A stretch of 63,991 nt of DNA, the filler included, from Octopus bimaculoides (lineage: Eukaryota), in assembly GCF_001194135.2 (NCBI RefSeq). It is 8 parts of 7 records of this genome, joined end to end, with 100 filler letters (N's around TTAATTAATTAA, not from the genome) between each part and the next. Parts side by side here need not be neighbours in the genome. Positions count along the whole stretch, not along the records: positions 59,238 to 63,991 come from NC_069002.1; 7 more parts are not named here. One strand, written 5' to 3'. The notes below the pieces were generated by a model, which saw nothing but the letters and a program-made list of their open reading frames with translations, did not search any database and was not told the DNA's origin. Of this stretch, positions 63,824 to 63,991 are shown piece after piece. A program made the position numbers and the translations under genes. Within the stretch, counting starts at the first letter, position 1. Every line of letters starts with the position of its first letter.

Positions 63824-63991
63824 GTTCAGTAGTTTTATTTTTATAAGGTGCTTTCACTTCACTACCGAGCGCAGTTCTATGTGCCTTGGGTATGTGCTGT
63901 GGTTTGCTGTGATGCTCTTATGGTTACTGTATTGAAAGTGTTTTTCGTAGGATGTGTGCAGTGCCCAGTAGTGCAATTTTCTGTATGTTAT
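63824..63991 (-). mobile_element. R4/Dong LINE 3' end followed by (AAT)n (63750-63823)
   Basis: IQKIALLGTAHILRKTLSIQ*; same family as 47545-47753. Confidence 0.85.

Overview
This is AT-rich, microsatellite- and retroelement-dense animal DNA, most likely from a draft Octopus (cephalopod) assembly; the organism is inferred from the SINE/LINE repertoire and was not checked by search. The window is not one locus. Seven identical 100-bp spacers (N44-TTAATTAATTAA-N44) join eight pieces: 1-16253, 16354-28326, 28427-32302, 32403-35560, 35661-47444, 47545-51331, 51432-59137 and 59238-63991. I found no confident host gene, rRNA, true tRNA or CRISPR array. The content is decayed mobile DNA: Penelope-like elements (PLEs) of Naiad type and Penelope/Poseidon type, Tx1/L1, RTE, CR1-group and R4/Dong LINEs, several tRNA-derived SINE families, Tc1, mariner, DD37D-like and Chapaev3-like DNA transposons, and a deleted Helitron. 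The best leads are: (1) an apparently intact dimer-type hammerhead ribozyme (HHR) in a Naiad 3' region, with a tandem duplication starting at its predicted cleavage site; (2) a second near-intact HHR joined through (AAT)n to a Dong LINE 3' end; (3) HHR-like motifs suggesting a U3-A8 core variant; (4) a TGA at the first Cys of a Naiad zinc-binding linker (possible selenocysteine relic); (5) a 255-bp fold-back element carrying inward telomeric repeats; and (6) a TCACCA|(TA)n terminus recurring in four PLE-associated places.
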